A stretch of DNA of 64,000 nucleotides from Sphyrna mokarran (lineage: Eukaryota): assembly GCA_024679065.1 (NCBI GenBank), contig JAGIQG010000009.1, forward strand, positions 109,244,001 through 109,308,000, in the 5' to 3' direction. Below the pieces are notes generated by a model. That model ran no database searches and was not told where the DNA came from. It was given only the letters and a program-made list of their open reading frames with translations. The first letter of the stretch is position 1; every line of letters starts with the position of its first letter. This document shows positions 49,128-60,529 of this stretch, one piece after another. Position numbers and translations under genes: made by a program.

Positions 49128-49280
49128 AGTGCTAATTGGCAGCTTCCTCTCCTGCTTGATGCCAGTGACTGTGGTTTTATTTCTGTGAGTGATTTGGAGA
49201 GGTTTGAACGCTGGGAGATATTGTACCAACATCGACATTTCCCCTCAGAGTTTAACACTTTTCCTTTCTTTCATTTTCAG

Positions 49281-49307
49281 AAAACGAGAAGCACAAGTCA
49301 AGCCTGG
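49281..49307 (+). CDS. Gene B microexon 3 (27 nt) ENEKHKSSL
   Basis: cattttcAG / G|GTAAGT. Confidence 0.87.
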
Positions 49308-49470
49308 GTAAGTGAACAGAAACGGGGAATTCGGGTCGTCACATTGTGCTCTGAGCTCAATAAGCAACAGGTCAAAGGTTTCAGGCTTGGGGAGTGACTC
49401 CGAAATCAGAGAATTTAATCAGATATTTAATTTATCATTGAACCGAGGAATTTCCACTTCTTTTTTCCAG

Positions 49471-49497
49471 AGTGTGAACGACTGCGACAAGAGTTAG
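49471..49497 (+). CDS. Gene B microexon 4 (27 nt) ECERLRQEL
   Basis: ttttttccAG / AG|GTAAGA. Confidence 0.88.
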   Translation, partial: SVNDCDKS

Positions 49498-50141
49498 GTA
49501 AGAATTTAAATCAACGGTGTGTCAAAGAGAAGGAGAAACCCTGTNNNNNNNNNNNNNNNNNNNNNNNNNNNNNNNNNNNNNNNNNNNNNNNNNNNNNNNN
49601 NNNNNNNNNNNNNNNNNNNNNNNNNNNNNNNNNNNNNNNNNNNNNNNNNNNNNNNNNNNNNNNNNNNNNNNNNNNNNNNNNNNNNNNNNNNNNNNNNNNN
49701 NNNNNNNNNNNNNNNNNNNNNNNNNNNNNNNNNNNNNNNNNGAGCAAAGACCCTGTTGGTGAGAGGGTGACAGAGAGAGAGAGACCGTGTTGGTGACAGA
49801 AAGAGAGAGAGAGAGAGAGAGCAAAGACCCTGTTGGTGAGAGGGTGACAGAGAGAGGGGTAACTCCATTGGGTGAGTGAATGACACAGTGAGATGGAGGG
49901 GGATGTTCTGGGTTGGGATTGGATGTGGACAGGAAGGAACCATTTGTGTATCGAGACGCTGAGTGACTGCAAATTGCTGCCCTTCACACTCTCTGGATGC
50001 ACATTGTGTCAGTGACAGAGTGAATGTGTGTGTTGTGGAGAATTGGCTGTGGACATCTCCATCACTCTGGCTGTGAGAGTGTAGGATGTGTGACTGTGGG
50101 CTGCCCTGTATCACATGTGCTGTTTATTTTTTTTGTTACAG

Positions 50142-50168
50142 ATCAAGTCAAGAATGTTGGGAAATTAG
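50142..50168 (+). CDS. Gene B microexon 5 (27 nt) DQVKNVGKL
   Basis: tttgttacAG / AG|GTGAGT. Confidence 0.87.
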   Translation: MKSRMLGN

Positions 50169-51183
50169 GTGAGTTATCCTGTGTTCAGTGAAAAACTGCA
50201 ATTATTCAGATTAGAATATTTTGATTTGGTCTCAGACTGCCTTAATGCAATTTAAAAAGCACCTTCCCTGTTTAAAGTTTATTCATTAGTCACAAGTAGG
50301 CTTACATTAACACTGCAATGAAGTTACTGTAAAAATCCCCTGGTCACCACACTCCAGTGCCTGTTCGGGTACACTGAGGGAGAATTTGTCGTGGCCAATG
50401 CACCAGCACATCTTTTAGACTGTGGGAGGAAACCCACCCAGACACGTGACATTGCACATGACAAATAATCTCCTCACCAAATCGCTCTCTTGCTCTGCAC
50501 TCCCCTCTCCTACGACCCCAGGCACCGGGACGCACACACGTCTCTTTCAGAGAGACCAGAAATCTTTATCCAGTCCTCTCACACAATCCCTGCTGTATAC
50601 AATTGGACAACGTTTTGCTTTCAAACCTGTCCGTGGCCTTGTCTCCTCCATATCTCTGCAATCTCCTCTGATATACAAACCTGCAGGAGATCTGAGTTCC
50701 TCCTCTTCCGCCCTCTCATGTATCCCCAAATTTAATCACTCTTTCATTGGTGGCTACGCCTCTGTTTTGGTCCTAAATTCTGGAATCCTCTCCAGAAAGA
50801 TCTTCTTCCCTCCTGCCGCCTCAATGCACCTCCTTTAGACATTCCTTAGCACTGACCCTTTTGCTGAACATAAACTGTGTTTTATAATGAGCTTGGACAG
50901 CACTGTGGGACTCTGCAGTTATTAATTAGAGATGAAATGTTTTCTATAAGTTGTTTCATAATAAACATAGAACATTCCCTGACAAATGAGCAAAGACACA
51001 CAGAGTAACAGGCGCTAAAAGGAAACCGTTTCTCATTTACGAAGCAGGTTCTTGTTAAAAACATTTCCCTGTTAACTGAACCGTGTTTACATTTTCAGTT
51101 CTATTTTTGGTACAGTTAATGTAATTGTCTTAAATGACCCAGCCCCCTCTGTGACAGTTTTCTCTCTCTGTTTTTCTTTACAG

Positions 51184-51210
51184 AACGTGAAGCTCTTCAG
51201 CTGGAGTTTG
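51184..51210 (+). CDS. Gene B microexon 6 (27 nt) EREALQLEF
   Basis: ttctttacAG / G|GTAAGA. Confidence 0.87.
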
Positions 51211-51427
51211 GTAAGAGAATATTGCTGAAAGCTCCAGTCACTGGAATTTTAGATCAAAACTACTTTATTTATTAATGTTGTGTGTCCATGAATGATGAAA
51301 ACTACGACACAGTTTTGGGGATGGACCTACACCTCAGGGACTGCAGCAGTTCAAGAAGGAAGCTCCCATCAGTATCTTCTCACGGGCAATTAGGGATGAG
51401 CAAGGAATGCAGTCTAGCCTTGCTTTC

Positions 51428-52482
51428 AAACCCCGTGCTGTACCTGTCCTTGGAGTGTTTGATGGGGGGGACAGTGTAGAGGGAGCTTTACTCTGTATTT
51501 AACCCCGTGCTGTACCTGTTTGGGGAGTGTTTGATGAGAGACAGTGTAGATTGAGCTTTACTCTGTATCTAACCCCGTGCTGTATCTGTCCTGGGAGTGC
51601 TTGATGGGGACAGTGTAGAGGGAGCTTTACTCTGTATCTAACCCCGTGCTGTACCTGTCCTGGGAATGTTTGATGGGGACAGTGTAGAGGGAGCTTTACT
51701 CTGTATCTAACCCCGTGCTGTACCTGTCCTGGGAGTGTTTGATGGGGGACAGTGTAGAGGGATCTTTACTCTGTATCTAACCCCGTGCTGTACCTGTCCT
51801 GGGAGTGTTTGATGGGGGACAGTGTAGAGGGAGCTTTACTCTGTATCTAACCCCGTGCTGTACCTGTCCTGGGAGTGTTTGATGGGGACAGTGTAGAGGG
51901 AGCTTTACTCTGTATCTAACCCCGTGCTGTACCTGTCCTGGGAGTGTTTGATGGGGACAGTGTAGAGGGAGCTTTACTCTGTATCTAACCCCGTGCTGTA
52001 CCTGTCCTGGGAGTGTTTGATGGGGGACAGTGTAGAGGGAGCTTTACTCTGTATCTAACCCCGTGCTGTACCTGTCCTGGGAGTGTTTGATGGGGGACAG
52101 TGTAGAGGGAGCTTTACTCTGTATCTAACCCCGTGCTGTACCTGTCCTGGGAGTGTTTGATGGAGGACAGTGTAGAGGGAGCTTTACTCTGTATCTAACC
52201 CTGTGCTGTACCTGTCCTGGGAGTGTTTGATGGGGACAGTGTAGAGGGAGCTTTACTCTGTATCTAACCCCGTGCTGTACCTGTCCTGGGAGTGTTTGAT
52301 GGGGGGACAGTGTAGAGGGAGCTTTACTCTGTATCTAACCCCGTGCTGTACCTGTCCTGGGAGTGTTTGATGGGGACAGTGTAGAGGGAGCTTTACTCTG
52401 TATCTAACCCCGTGCTGTACCTGTCCTGGGAGTGTTTGATGGAGGACAGTGTAGAGGGAGTTTTACTCTGTATCTAACCCCT
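51428..52482. repeat. 69-70 bp satellite AACCCCGTGCTGTACCTGTCCTGGGAGTGTTTGATGGGGACAGTGTAGAGGGAGCTTTACTCTGTATCT
   Basis: About 15 highly similar copies. Confidence 0.97.
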
Positions 52483-53079
52483 GTACCTTGGTTTTCTACT
52501 TCTGATAATGCGGGAGGATTTTAAGCTTTGTGCTCTGACACATGGCCACAGACTTTACGGAGGTAGTGTGAGGTTTTGTGACTGGGTTAACTATAGGTTT
52601 GAGGATGGTAGTTTGAATGTGAGAGGGCTGTTTTAGGCAGGATAGTATCAGACTGTTGGTGATGAGTTCCTGGTTTTCTGTTCTCCTGATGCAGGAGTGG
52701 GTGGGCTGAAGGATTTTGGACAATACGGATCTGTGAGAAATACAGGTTCCGCCATCACATTCCTGGCAACGAGTGTTCCTGGGGTGACCCCAGTTAAACC
52801 GGTGGTGTACCAGGCTACGCGTGGCACAGGCAGTGTGGTAGATAGGTGATACTGCGATGTGTGAGGGAGCAGACAGGAGCCCAGGGTCTGTAACTGATAC
52901 CTTCCTCTTGTGAGTGTAAACTCTTCCTGCCTAGATAAACAGTGGGAATCTCAGCAGGGGTGGGATTTCGGGGAACCACACACGGTCATATCGCCTTCCG
53001 GAAGGTTCTTTAACACCTATTTTTTAACACCTATTTTTCACCTCTTTAACACCTATTTTTTTTCCCCTCCCTTGTACAG

Positions 53080-53106
53080 AAATGGAGAAGACAGTCATTA
53101 AAGCAG
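53080..53106 (+). CDS. Gene B microexon 7 (27 nt) EMEKTVIKA
   Basis: cttgtacAG / CAG|GTAAGA. Confidence 0.87.
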
Positions 53107-53304
53107 GTAAGAGGGGCAATGGGAGTTTCCTGCTTTTTGTGAGGGGGGGAGGGGGAGTGGGGGGGGTGGGACACAGGGTCCTGGGTTGCCAACTCTGGGG
53201 TGCATTCCTGGAGGTTTCATCACATGACCTCCAACCAATCAAACGGTGCTTCCTAACCGTCATGTTGTTTTACAATGAGAGGTATTTGAAGAGGCTACAC
53301 ACAA

Positions 53305-53410
53305 CTTCTCAATGCCCCCCTCTCTGCTTCTCAATTCCCCCCTCTGCTTCTCAATGCCCCCTCTGCTTCTCAATGCCCCCTCTGCTTCTCAATCCCCCCT
53401 CTGCTTCTCT
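53305..53410. repeat. ~21-bp tandem repeat CTCTGCTTCTCAATGCCCCC
   Basis: About 5 copies. Confidence 0.85.
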
Positions 53411-53741
53411 GCTCTTGGAGACTGATTGTAGTGTCCAAATCATTGATTATTCATTGCTGGTACCAACGCCGGCATCTTTACAACATCAGCTGGTACAATG
53501 CCAGGAGAAGGTGGGCAGTGACTATTTGCTGCTTCCTGGCTGGAAGATGTCAGTGACCTCTTGGTGGTCATTGGCTTCTGGGTCACAGTCTGTGCTCAGG
53601 AGATTAATGGAAGCTACTTACTCCCCAGGCCTGACACCAGGATTGAACTGACCCAGTGGAGCTACTGAGATTCGAGTTCGTGTCTCCTAATGTGGGCGAG
53701 GTTTCACCGTGGCAACAGCTGGCACAGAGTTGGGGGGGGGG

Positions 53742-54002
53742 GGGCACAGTGATTAGCACTACTGCTTCACAGTGCCCGGGACTCGGTCTTAAATCGGGTG
53801 ACTGTTTGCACGTTCTCCCCGTGTCTGCATGGGTTCCCTCCCATGTCTGAATGAATGAAGGTTAGATGGATTGGCCGTGTTAAATATGTATGGTAAAAAT
53901 GTGGGGCTGAGTGGGAAGGAGAGCCTGGGTAAGATGCTCTGTTGGAAATTCGGTGCAGACTGGATGGGCTGATTGTCCTCCTTCTGCACTGTGGGAATTC
54001 TC
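53742..54002 (+). mobile_element. V-SINE (HE1-like)
   Basis: Head ggcacagtgattagcactactgc, V-SINE body, tail gatgggctga..ctgcactgt. Confidence 0.78.
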
Positions 54003-54167
54003 TGGTATTCCTGGATCTGGTTTTATTTCACACAGACAGCGTGAGGGCAGGTTATAAACACTGACCTGTATTCAGAGAGTGCGGCGTGGAGGGAAGCAAA
54101 TACTGAGAGGCAGGAAGTGGGAGAAATGATCTTGTTTGTAATTGATTACTTTCCTGCTCTCTTACAG

Positions 54168-54194
54168 AACACCAACTATTCAAGGCAGAAGTTG
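54168..54194 (+). CDS. Gene B microexon 8 (27 nt) EHQLFKAEV
   Basis: ctcttacAG / G|GTAAGT. Confidence 0.87.
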
Positions 54195-54249
54195 GTAAGT
54201 CAAATAATCAAAATCTACATCTGTGAGCATCTCACATTTCCCTGTAGCT

Positions 54250-55010
54250 GTGTCTCCGATACTGTCTCTGACTCTCTATCCGTGTCTCTCTATCTCTCCA
54301 TCCTTCTCTCTCTGTCTCTCCATTCATGTCACTCTGTCTTTCCATCCGTGTCTCTCTGTCTTTGTCTCTATCCTTGTCTCTCTCAATGTCTCAGTGTCTG
54401 CGTCTTTCCCGGTGTTTGCATTGCTCGCGGTGTCTGTGTCTCTCTGGAAATGTCTTTCTGGCTATGTCTCTCTTGGTGTCTCTCAGTCTCTCTGGGTGTC
54501 TGCGTTCTCAGTGTTGTGTCTCGGGGTGTGTCACCATGTTTGTCTCTCTCTGTATTTCTCGGTGTATGTCTGTCTGTCTCTGTTTCTTGGTGTGTGTGTG
54601 TGTGTCTGTCTTTGTCTCTCGGTGTGTGTTTGTCTGTCTCTGTCTCTCGGTGCGTGTGTGTCTGTCTGTCTCTGTCTCTCGGTGTGCGTGTGTCTGTCTC
54701 TGTCTCTCGGTGTGCGTCTGTCTGTCTCTGTCTCTCGGTGTGCGTGTGTCCGTCTCTGTCTCTGTGTGTGTGTGTCCGTCTCTGTCTCTCGGTGTGTGTG
54801 TGTGTCCGTCTCTGTCTCTCGGTGTGTGGTGTGTCCGTCTCTGTGTCTCTCGGTGTGTGTGTGTCCGTCTCTGTCTTCGTGTGTGTGTGTGTCGTCTCTG
54901 TCTCTCGGGGTGTGTGTGTGTCCGTCTCTGTCTCTCGGGGTGTGTGTGTCCGTCTCTGTCTCTCGGGGTGTGTGTGTCCGTCTCTGTCTCTCGGGGTGTG
55001 TGTGTCCGTC
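54250..55010. repeat. TG/TC compound repeat (GTCTCTGTCTCTCGGTGTGTGTGTCC-like)
   Basis: Directly visible. Confidence 0.92.
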
Positions 55011-55123
55011 TGAATATTCTGAATATTGTTCTTTCTGTTGACCTGTTGATAATTTTTTAATAAGACTGAATAAAGGTTGTGTGTGTTGCTGCCTGTTCAA
55101 ACTTCTTCAATCTTGTCTTCCAG

Positions 55124-55150
55124 ATAAAGAGAAAGCAGCAGTCGCAGCAA
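55124..55150 (+). CDS. Gene B microexon 9 (27 nt) DKEKAAVAA
   Basis: gtcttccAG / A|GTATGT. Confidence 0.8.
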
Positions 55151-55269
55151 GTATGTAACCCGGAAAGAGAGGGATTTCATTACTCTGTTATCTTTGCAAT
55201 GGGGGGGGGAGGTCTGTGGGACACTAACGGAGAGTAAATGGAAATTCGGGAACAAACTGCAAGTATTTC

Positions 55270-56960
55270 TCTGCACATCTTCTCTCCTTCTGTTTTTCCA
55301 CTCTCTATCTCTCATTCCCACTCTCCTACTCTCCCCATCCCCTCCATCTTCTCCTCTCAGTCTGCCACAGTCACCATCTCAATCCTCCCCTTTCCACTCT
55401 CCACCCCTCCTTCCTTTCTCTCCGTTTCTACTTTCCTATTCAGCTTTCTCTTCCCCCTCTCCATCTTTGCGATTCTCTTTTCCAAACTCCCTTATTCTCC
55501 CTGCTCTTTCTTTCTCTCCATTTCTTTCTCTCTTCCCTCTATCTCTCTATCCCCTCTCTCCACTTTCCCATCCCCTTCTTCCCCCCCTCTCTCTCTCTCT
55601 ATCTGTATCCTCTCTCCCTCTCTCTGCCCCCTCCTCCCATCCCTCAGAACCCTCTCTCTGCCCCCTCCCTCCGACTCCTCCCTCCAACCCCTCCCTCTGA
55701 ACCATTTCTCTCCAACCCCCCCACTCACTCCACCCTCAGCCATCGCTCTCCCCTTTGCCCCACCCACACCCCCTTACCCCCTCTCCTTTGCCCCATTGCC
55801 CGCTGCCCCTCGCCCACTCCCTATCTCCCTGGCCAGCCCCCCTTACCCCTTCGTCCTCCCCCTCGCCCTCTCCCTAACCCCCTCTCACTCTCCCCACCTC
55901 ATGCCCCCATCCTCCTCCCCCCTCCCTCCACCTCATCCTCTCGCTCCCTACCCCTCGACCCTTCCACTCACCTCCTTCTCTAGCCTCATGCCCCTCCCCC
56001 CTCACTCTCACTCTCCCCATCTCTCCCTCGCACACTCACCCTGACTCCTCCTTGCCATCCCCCCTCGATCCCCCGTCCGCTCCTCCTTGCTCCTCCCCTC
56101 GTCCTACCCTCTTGCACCCACCCCCTCATCCCTTTTTCTTTCCCTCATTCTTTCCCCTCCCTCTCCCCCCCAACCCCTCATTCCACCCCCTTGCTCGCTT
56201 CTTGCCCATCTCCTTGCCCCACACCCTGCCCCCGCATCTCCACACACCACTCTTGACCCCCGGCTCACCCTCTCGCCTACAGCCTCGTCTCTCCTGCCCC
56301 TTGCCCCCACCCCTCGCCTCCTCCTCCTTGCCCTCCCCCTCGCTCCCTCTCCCTTTCCCCCTTCTCCTCAGGCCCACCCCTTGCTCCTTCCGCTCACCTC
56401 CCACCCCTCTTGCTCCTGCCCCCAGCCCCTCGCCCCATATCCACCCCCCCTGCCCTGCCCCCTTATCTTGGTTCCCTCGTCCCTCCACCCCCTCCTTCTG
56501 CCCCTTCGCCATTGCCCCTGCCCCTGCCTCACCCCTACCCCCTCAGCCTACCCCCTTGCCTATGCCCCACCCCTCCCCCCAGCCCATGTCCCCATGCCCC
56601 CCCCGCCCTGCCCCTGCAGCCTCGCATGAACCCCGTTGCATCCACCCCCTCTCGTCTTCCATTTGCCCTTCCCTTTGCCCTCCCCTCTGCCCCCCTGCCT
56701 CCCTTCTCCCCGTAACCCTCGCCTGTCCTGCCCTGCCCTCCTGCGCCTCTGCCCTCCACCTCCTCTGGCCCCCTCTGCTTCTACCTCTTCTGCGTCTGCC
56801 CCCTCTCCCCTACTCCTCTGCCCTCTGGCCCTTCTGCCACCTGCCCCTTCTTCCCCTTGTATCCCCCTCTGCCCCCTTGTATCCCCCTCTGCCCCCTTTA
56901 TCCCCCTCTGCCCCCTCTATCTCCCCTCCAGCTTCTCCTACCTCTCTATCTCTCCTGCCC
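55270..56960. repeat. ~1.7-kb C/T-rich low-complexity tract
   Basis: Directly visible. Confidence 0.93.
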
Positions 56961-57139
56961 AGCTGGTAAGCTGGGCTGTTGAAGACACCATTGAGAAGAT
57001 GCTGCAGTATTGGTGGAGGGAGAGGGGAGCGGAGGGAACGTTTCCACTCAGTGTTGTCAGTCTATCACTATCTGTCAGTCATTCTGGGGACTGAATTGAA
57101 AGGGGGTATGTGTAAATGCGGATTGAAATCTGTAACTGA

Positions 57140-57275
57140 CTAAAAGCAAATTACTGCAGATGCTGGAATCTGAAACAAAGACAGAAAGTGCTGGAAAGTC
57201 TCAGCGGGTCTGACAGGCCCTGTGGGGAGAGAGAGAGAGTAGACCGAATGTTTAAATGACCCTTCCTCAGAGCTG
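57140..57275 (-). mobile_element. Penelope-like short repeat (also 770-862 +, 27172-27300 -, 30980-31052 -)
   Basis: Shared tgctggaatctgaaacaaa..tgctggaaa.tctcagc plus CTGANGA-stem-GAAA-type motif. Confidence 0.6.
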
Positions 57276-57439
57276 CAGGAAACTGACTGAGACACAGACT
57301 GAATGTTATTAACTGAAATGGGCTTCTCTCTACTTTCACTACTACTGGTGGGGGTCAGGCATTTAGTAAACCGATTAATCATTCTAAGATGTTCGCCATT
57401 TGATTTTAACCCATTTTTCTGATTACTTTTTGCCTGCAG

Positions 57440-57466
57440 AATATCAGAAGCTTCACACTGAGTTTG
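57440..57466 (+). CDS. Gene B microexon 10 (27 nt) KYQKLHTEF
   Basis: ttgcctgcAG / G|GTGAGT. Confidence 0.86.
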
Positions 57467-59215
57467 GTGAGTTGCTTGTCAGTACAAACCTAGTTTCATT
57501 TGGTTACAAACACTTAGATGCGTAGCGGTGTTGTCGTGGTAATCCAGGATTAATGCTCTGGAACACCGGTTCGCATCCCACCGTGGCTGTTAGCAGAATT
57601 TTTGTTTTACTTAAACTCAACTAATAAATCTGCTTAAATAGAAAGCTTGCCTCAGTGCCAGTGACCATGTATCACTTTACGTCACTTCGTAATAAAGGAC
57701 TAATGCCCTTCAGAGAGGGAAATCTGCCATTCTTACCTGGTCTGGCCTACCAGAGTCAAAGCAATGTGGTTGATTCTTGAATGCCCTCTGCATGAGAGTT
57801 AGGGGTCTTGCAAGGGTAGTTAATGCTGGGCAACTAATGTTGGCCATGCCAGCGATGCCTACATCGCATGTAAGTGTAGAGAAACAGTTGAGTCTGTTTT
57901 GGGCCATTACTTGTCCTCGATTGGGGATTGCGTAGCAAGCAAGGTTCTGTCTGGTGTTGCAAACAACATGTCTCCTGAACAAGAAACTTCCAGCCCCATC
58001 AGGTTCTCCCTGATGATTGGACCAGCTAATTGGACAAGGATTACCATGGTGAATGAAGGGGGCAAAATGATTTTCCTCAGACTTTTGGTTAATGCCCCTT
58101 ATGTCGGCAAAGGAGAGGGTCCTGTGTGCAGCTAAATGTAACTTCTAGCGCACATTAGTGAGCCCACACTGCATGCCTGAATGATCATCTCAAAGATAAT
58201 CGACCTGCCCGGGGGCCTCAGGTTCGAATCCCACCATTGCCGCAACAAAAATCTGGAATTAAAATTCAAGTAATGACCATGAAATGATTGTTGATTTGTA
58301 AAAACCCACTTGATCCACTAATGTTCTTTAGGACAGGCGATGGCTGAGTACTATTATCTCTGGGCCATTAACTCAGAAACTCAGCTAATGTTCTGAGGGA
58401 CCTGGGTTCGAATCCCGCCCACAGCAGATGGTGGAATTTGAATTTACAATAAAAATATCGGGAATGGAGAATCTACTGATGACCACGAAACCATTGTTGA
58501 TTGTCAGGAAAAACCCGCATGGTTTACTATTGTCATTAAGGGGAGGGAATCTGCTGACCTTACCTGGTCTGGCCTACATTTGATTTCAGATCCACACTAC
58601 AGTGGTTGACTCTTAACTCTAAAATGGCGGAGCAAGCCACTCAGTTCAAGGGCAAATAGGGATGGGCAATAAATGCTACCAGCCACAAATGAATACATAA
58701 ATGTGCCACAAATGAATACAAAAAATTCTTCTGTATTTACCTGATCTGCGCTACATGTGACTTGCATGTGGTTAACTGCTAGTCAGTTCAAGGGCAGTTT
58801 GGGATGGCACTAAATGCCGACCGATCCGCACTCTGTTCCCATGCAATACAAATTATTGTTTCTTTAATCTTAACATTTGTCCTGATGAGACAAAAACAAT
58901 CAATGCCCAAATATCATGACATTGATGGAAGAATGATAGAAACTTACTCCGTTGAACCACTGGCTGACCATGTCCAGAATTATACTGTGACTGTTGACAT
59001 GTAAAAAATTGAACAGAAAAGTGCTGAGGTAGTAATTTTATAATGGTGGTCAGAAATGGATGGCACACCGACAGAAGATTTTCTTTATTGCTGCCATGAA
59101 TTTAAAAAATCTTGTTCATGGAGAAAAGCTGTGCCATGAAGAGGAAGGTCTGTTTGTATCACCAAGTGTGTTGAGTGAGTCTTGTTCATACTTTTCAATC
59201 TCTGTTTCCTTCTAG

Positions 59216-59242
59216 AGCAATGGAGACCTCTCGTTCTGTCAG
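59216..59242 (+). CDS. Gene B microexon 11 (27 nt) EQWRPLVLS
   Basis: tccttctAG / CAG|GTATGT. Confidence 0.84.
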
Positions 59243-59269
59243 GTATGTTCCCCAGACTGAATGCACATC

Positions 59270-59557
59270 GAACTCCTACAGTGCAGAAAGGCCATTCAGC
59301 CCATCGAGCCTGCACCAACAACAATTCCACCCAGGTTGCGTCCCCGTAACCCCGCATATTTACCCTGCTACTCCCCCTGACTCTAAGAGGCAATTTAACA
59401 TGGCCAGTCCACCTAACCTGCACATCTTTGGGGTGTGAGAGGAAACTGGAGCACTCGGTGGAAACCTGTGCAGACTGCATACAGATAGTGACTTGATGCT
59501 GGAATTGAACCTGAGTCCCTGATGCTGTGAAGCAGCAGTGCTAACCACTGTGCCATT
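59270..59557 (-). mobile_element. V-SINE (HE1-like)
   Basis: Reverse head, body and tail all present. Confidence 0.82.
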
Positions 59558-59647
59558 GTGTATGGGGTATTCACTTATTGGCATTTGTGTATTACACTGA
59601 GCCAAAGAGAACAGGAAGGTGTCGAGACCAAACGTTATCAGAGCATT

Positions 59648-59657
59648 GTATATATGT

Positions 59658-59700
<43 letters not shown>

Positions 59701-59701
59701 C

Positions 59702-59734
<33 letters not shown>

Positions 59735-59750
59735 CGTGTGTGTGTGTACA
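59648..59750. repeat. (TG)n microsatellite in a triplicated TATATATGTACG(TG)n unit
   Basis: Directly visible. Confidence 0.93.
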
Positions 59751-60113
59751 CGCATATGGATATGCACACATATATTGTAACTGAATCATAGGAGTTTGGT
59801 GTGAGAATGAAGCTCACAAACATTATGGTACAATGGGTGATCCAGCCTGAACCACAGTGCCAGAGCTCAGTGTGCTGTCTTTAATCTAACCCATTGACCT
59901 GTCTTGATTGGCTGGTCCGAAAGGAAGTTATGTCCTCAGTGACTCTCAGATTCCCGGGACACAAGCCTCCTTACTTCATCAAGGGGTAGCCCCCCTATCC
60001 CCACTCCAAATCAGGTCCTTGACTCACTAAACTGGGATGTACTTTAGCTATTGTCCCGTGTTTAGAGTATTAAAGGTTACTAATCTTCTGTCTGCTGTGT
60101 GTTTTATTGATAG

Positions 60114-60140
60114 AGCGGAAGAGGATAGAGAGTTATGCAG
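60114..60140 (+). CDS. Gene B microexon 12 (27 nt) ERKRIESYA
   Basis: tattgatAG / CAG|GTAAGA. Confidence 0.86.
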
Positions 60141-60529
60141 GTAAGACATTCACACAGCAGTCTGTCCAAACTGCAATCCAGGCACCGAGGGTGGGGAGGG
60201 GGTTAGCACAATGCAACAACTTGACGTTCACTTTTACTGACTCCAGATATTTATTTTTGATTGAATTAAAATTCTCAACCTGCCCTGGTTGGGCTCAACC
60301 TTGTCTTCTCTGCATTGTGAGGCAGTAACTCAATGGCCGTATTTACACGGCGTTATTCAGAATGTCCCATTTCACAGCCAAAGGATTGCGTTTGATGTAG
60401 GCAAATGGATCATTGGGGAGCTGGTAGCGTAGTGGTGTTGTTACAGGACTAGCAATACAGAGAGCCAGGTTAATGCTGTTGGGGACGCAGGTTCAAATCT
60501 CGCTAAATTCTTGTCTCGGTGTTAATTTC

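Noticed and set aside
49545-49741. A hidden 13th microexon in the N gap
   Set aside because: Gap flanks look like a tandem repeat and the alternating exon pattern is unbroken across it; not fully excluded
51099-51109. Possible extra microexon AG|TTCTATTTTTG|GTACAG
   Set aside because: 11 nt, frameshifting, weak donor
51428-52482. Regular repeat arrays as possible CRISPR
   Set aside because: No unique spacers, no cas genes, vertebrate context
54117-57094. Cys/Val/Ser-rich and Pro-rich ORFs
   Set aside because: Low-complexity TG/TC and C-rich tracts
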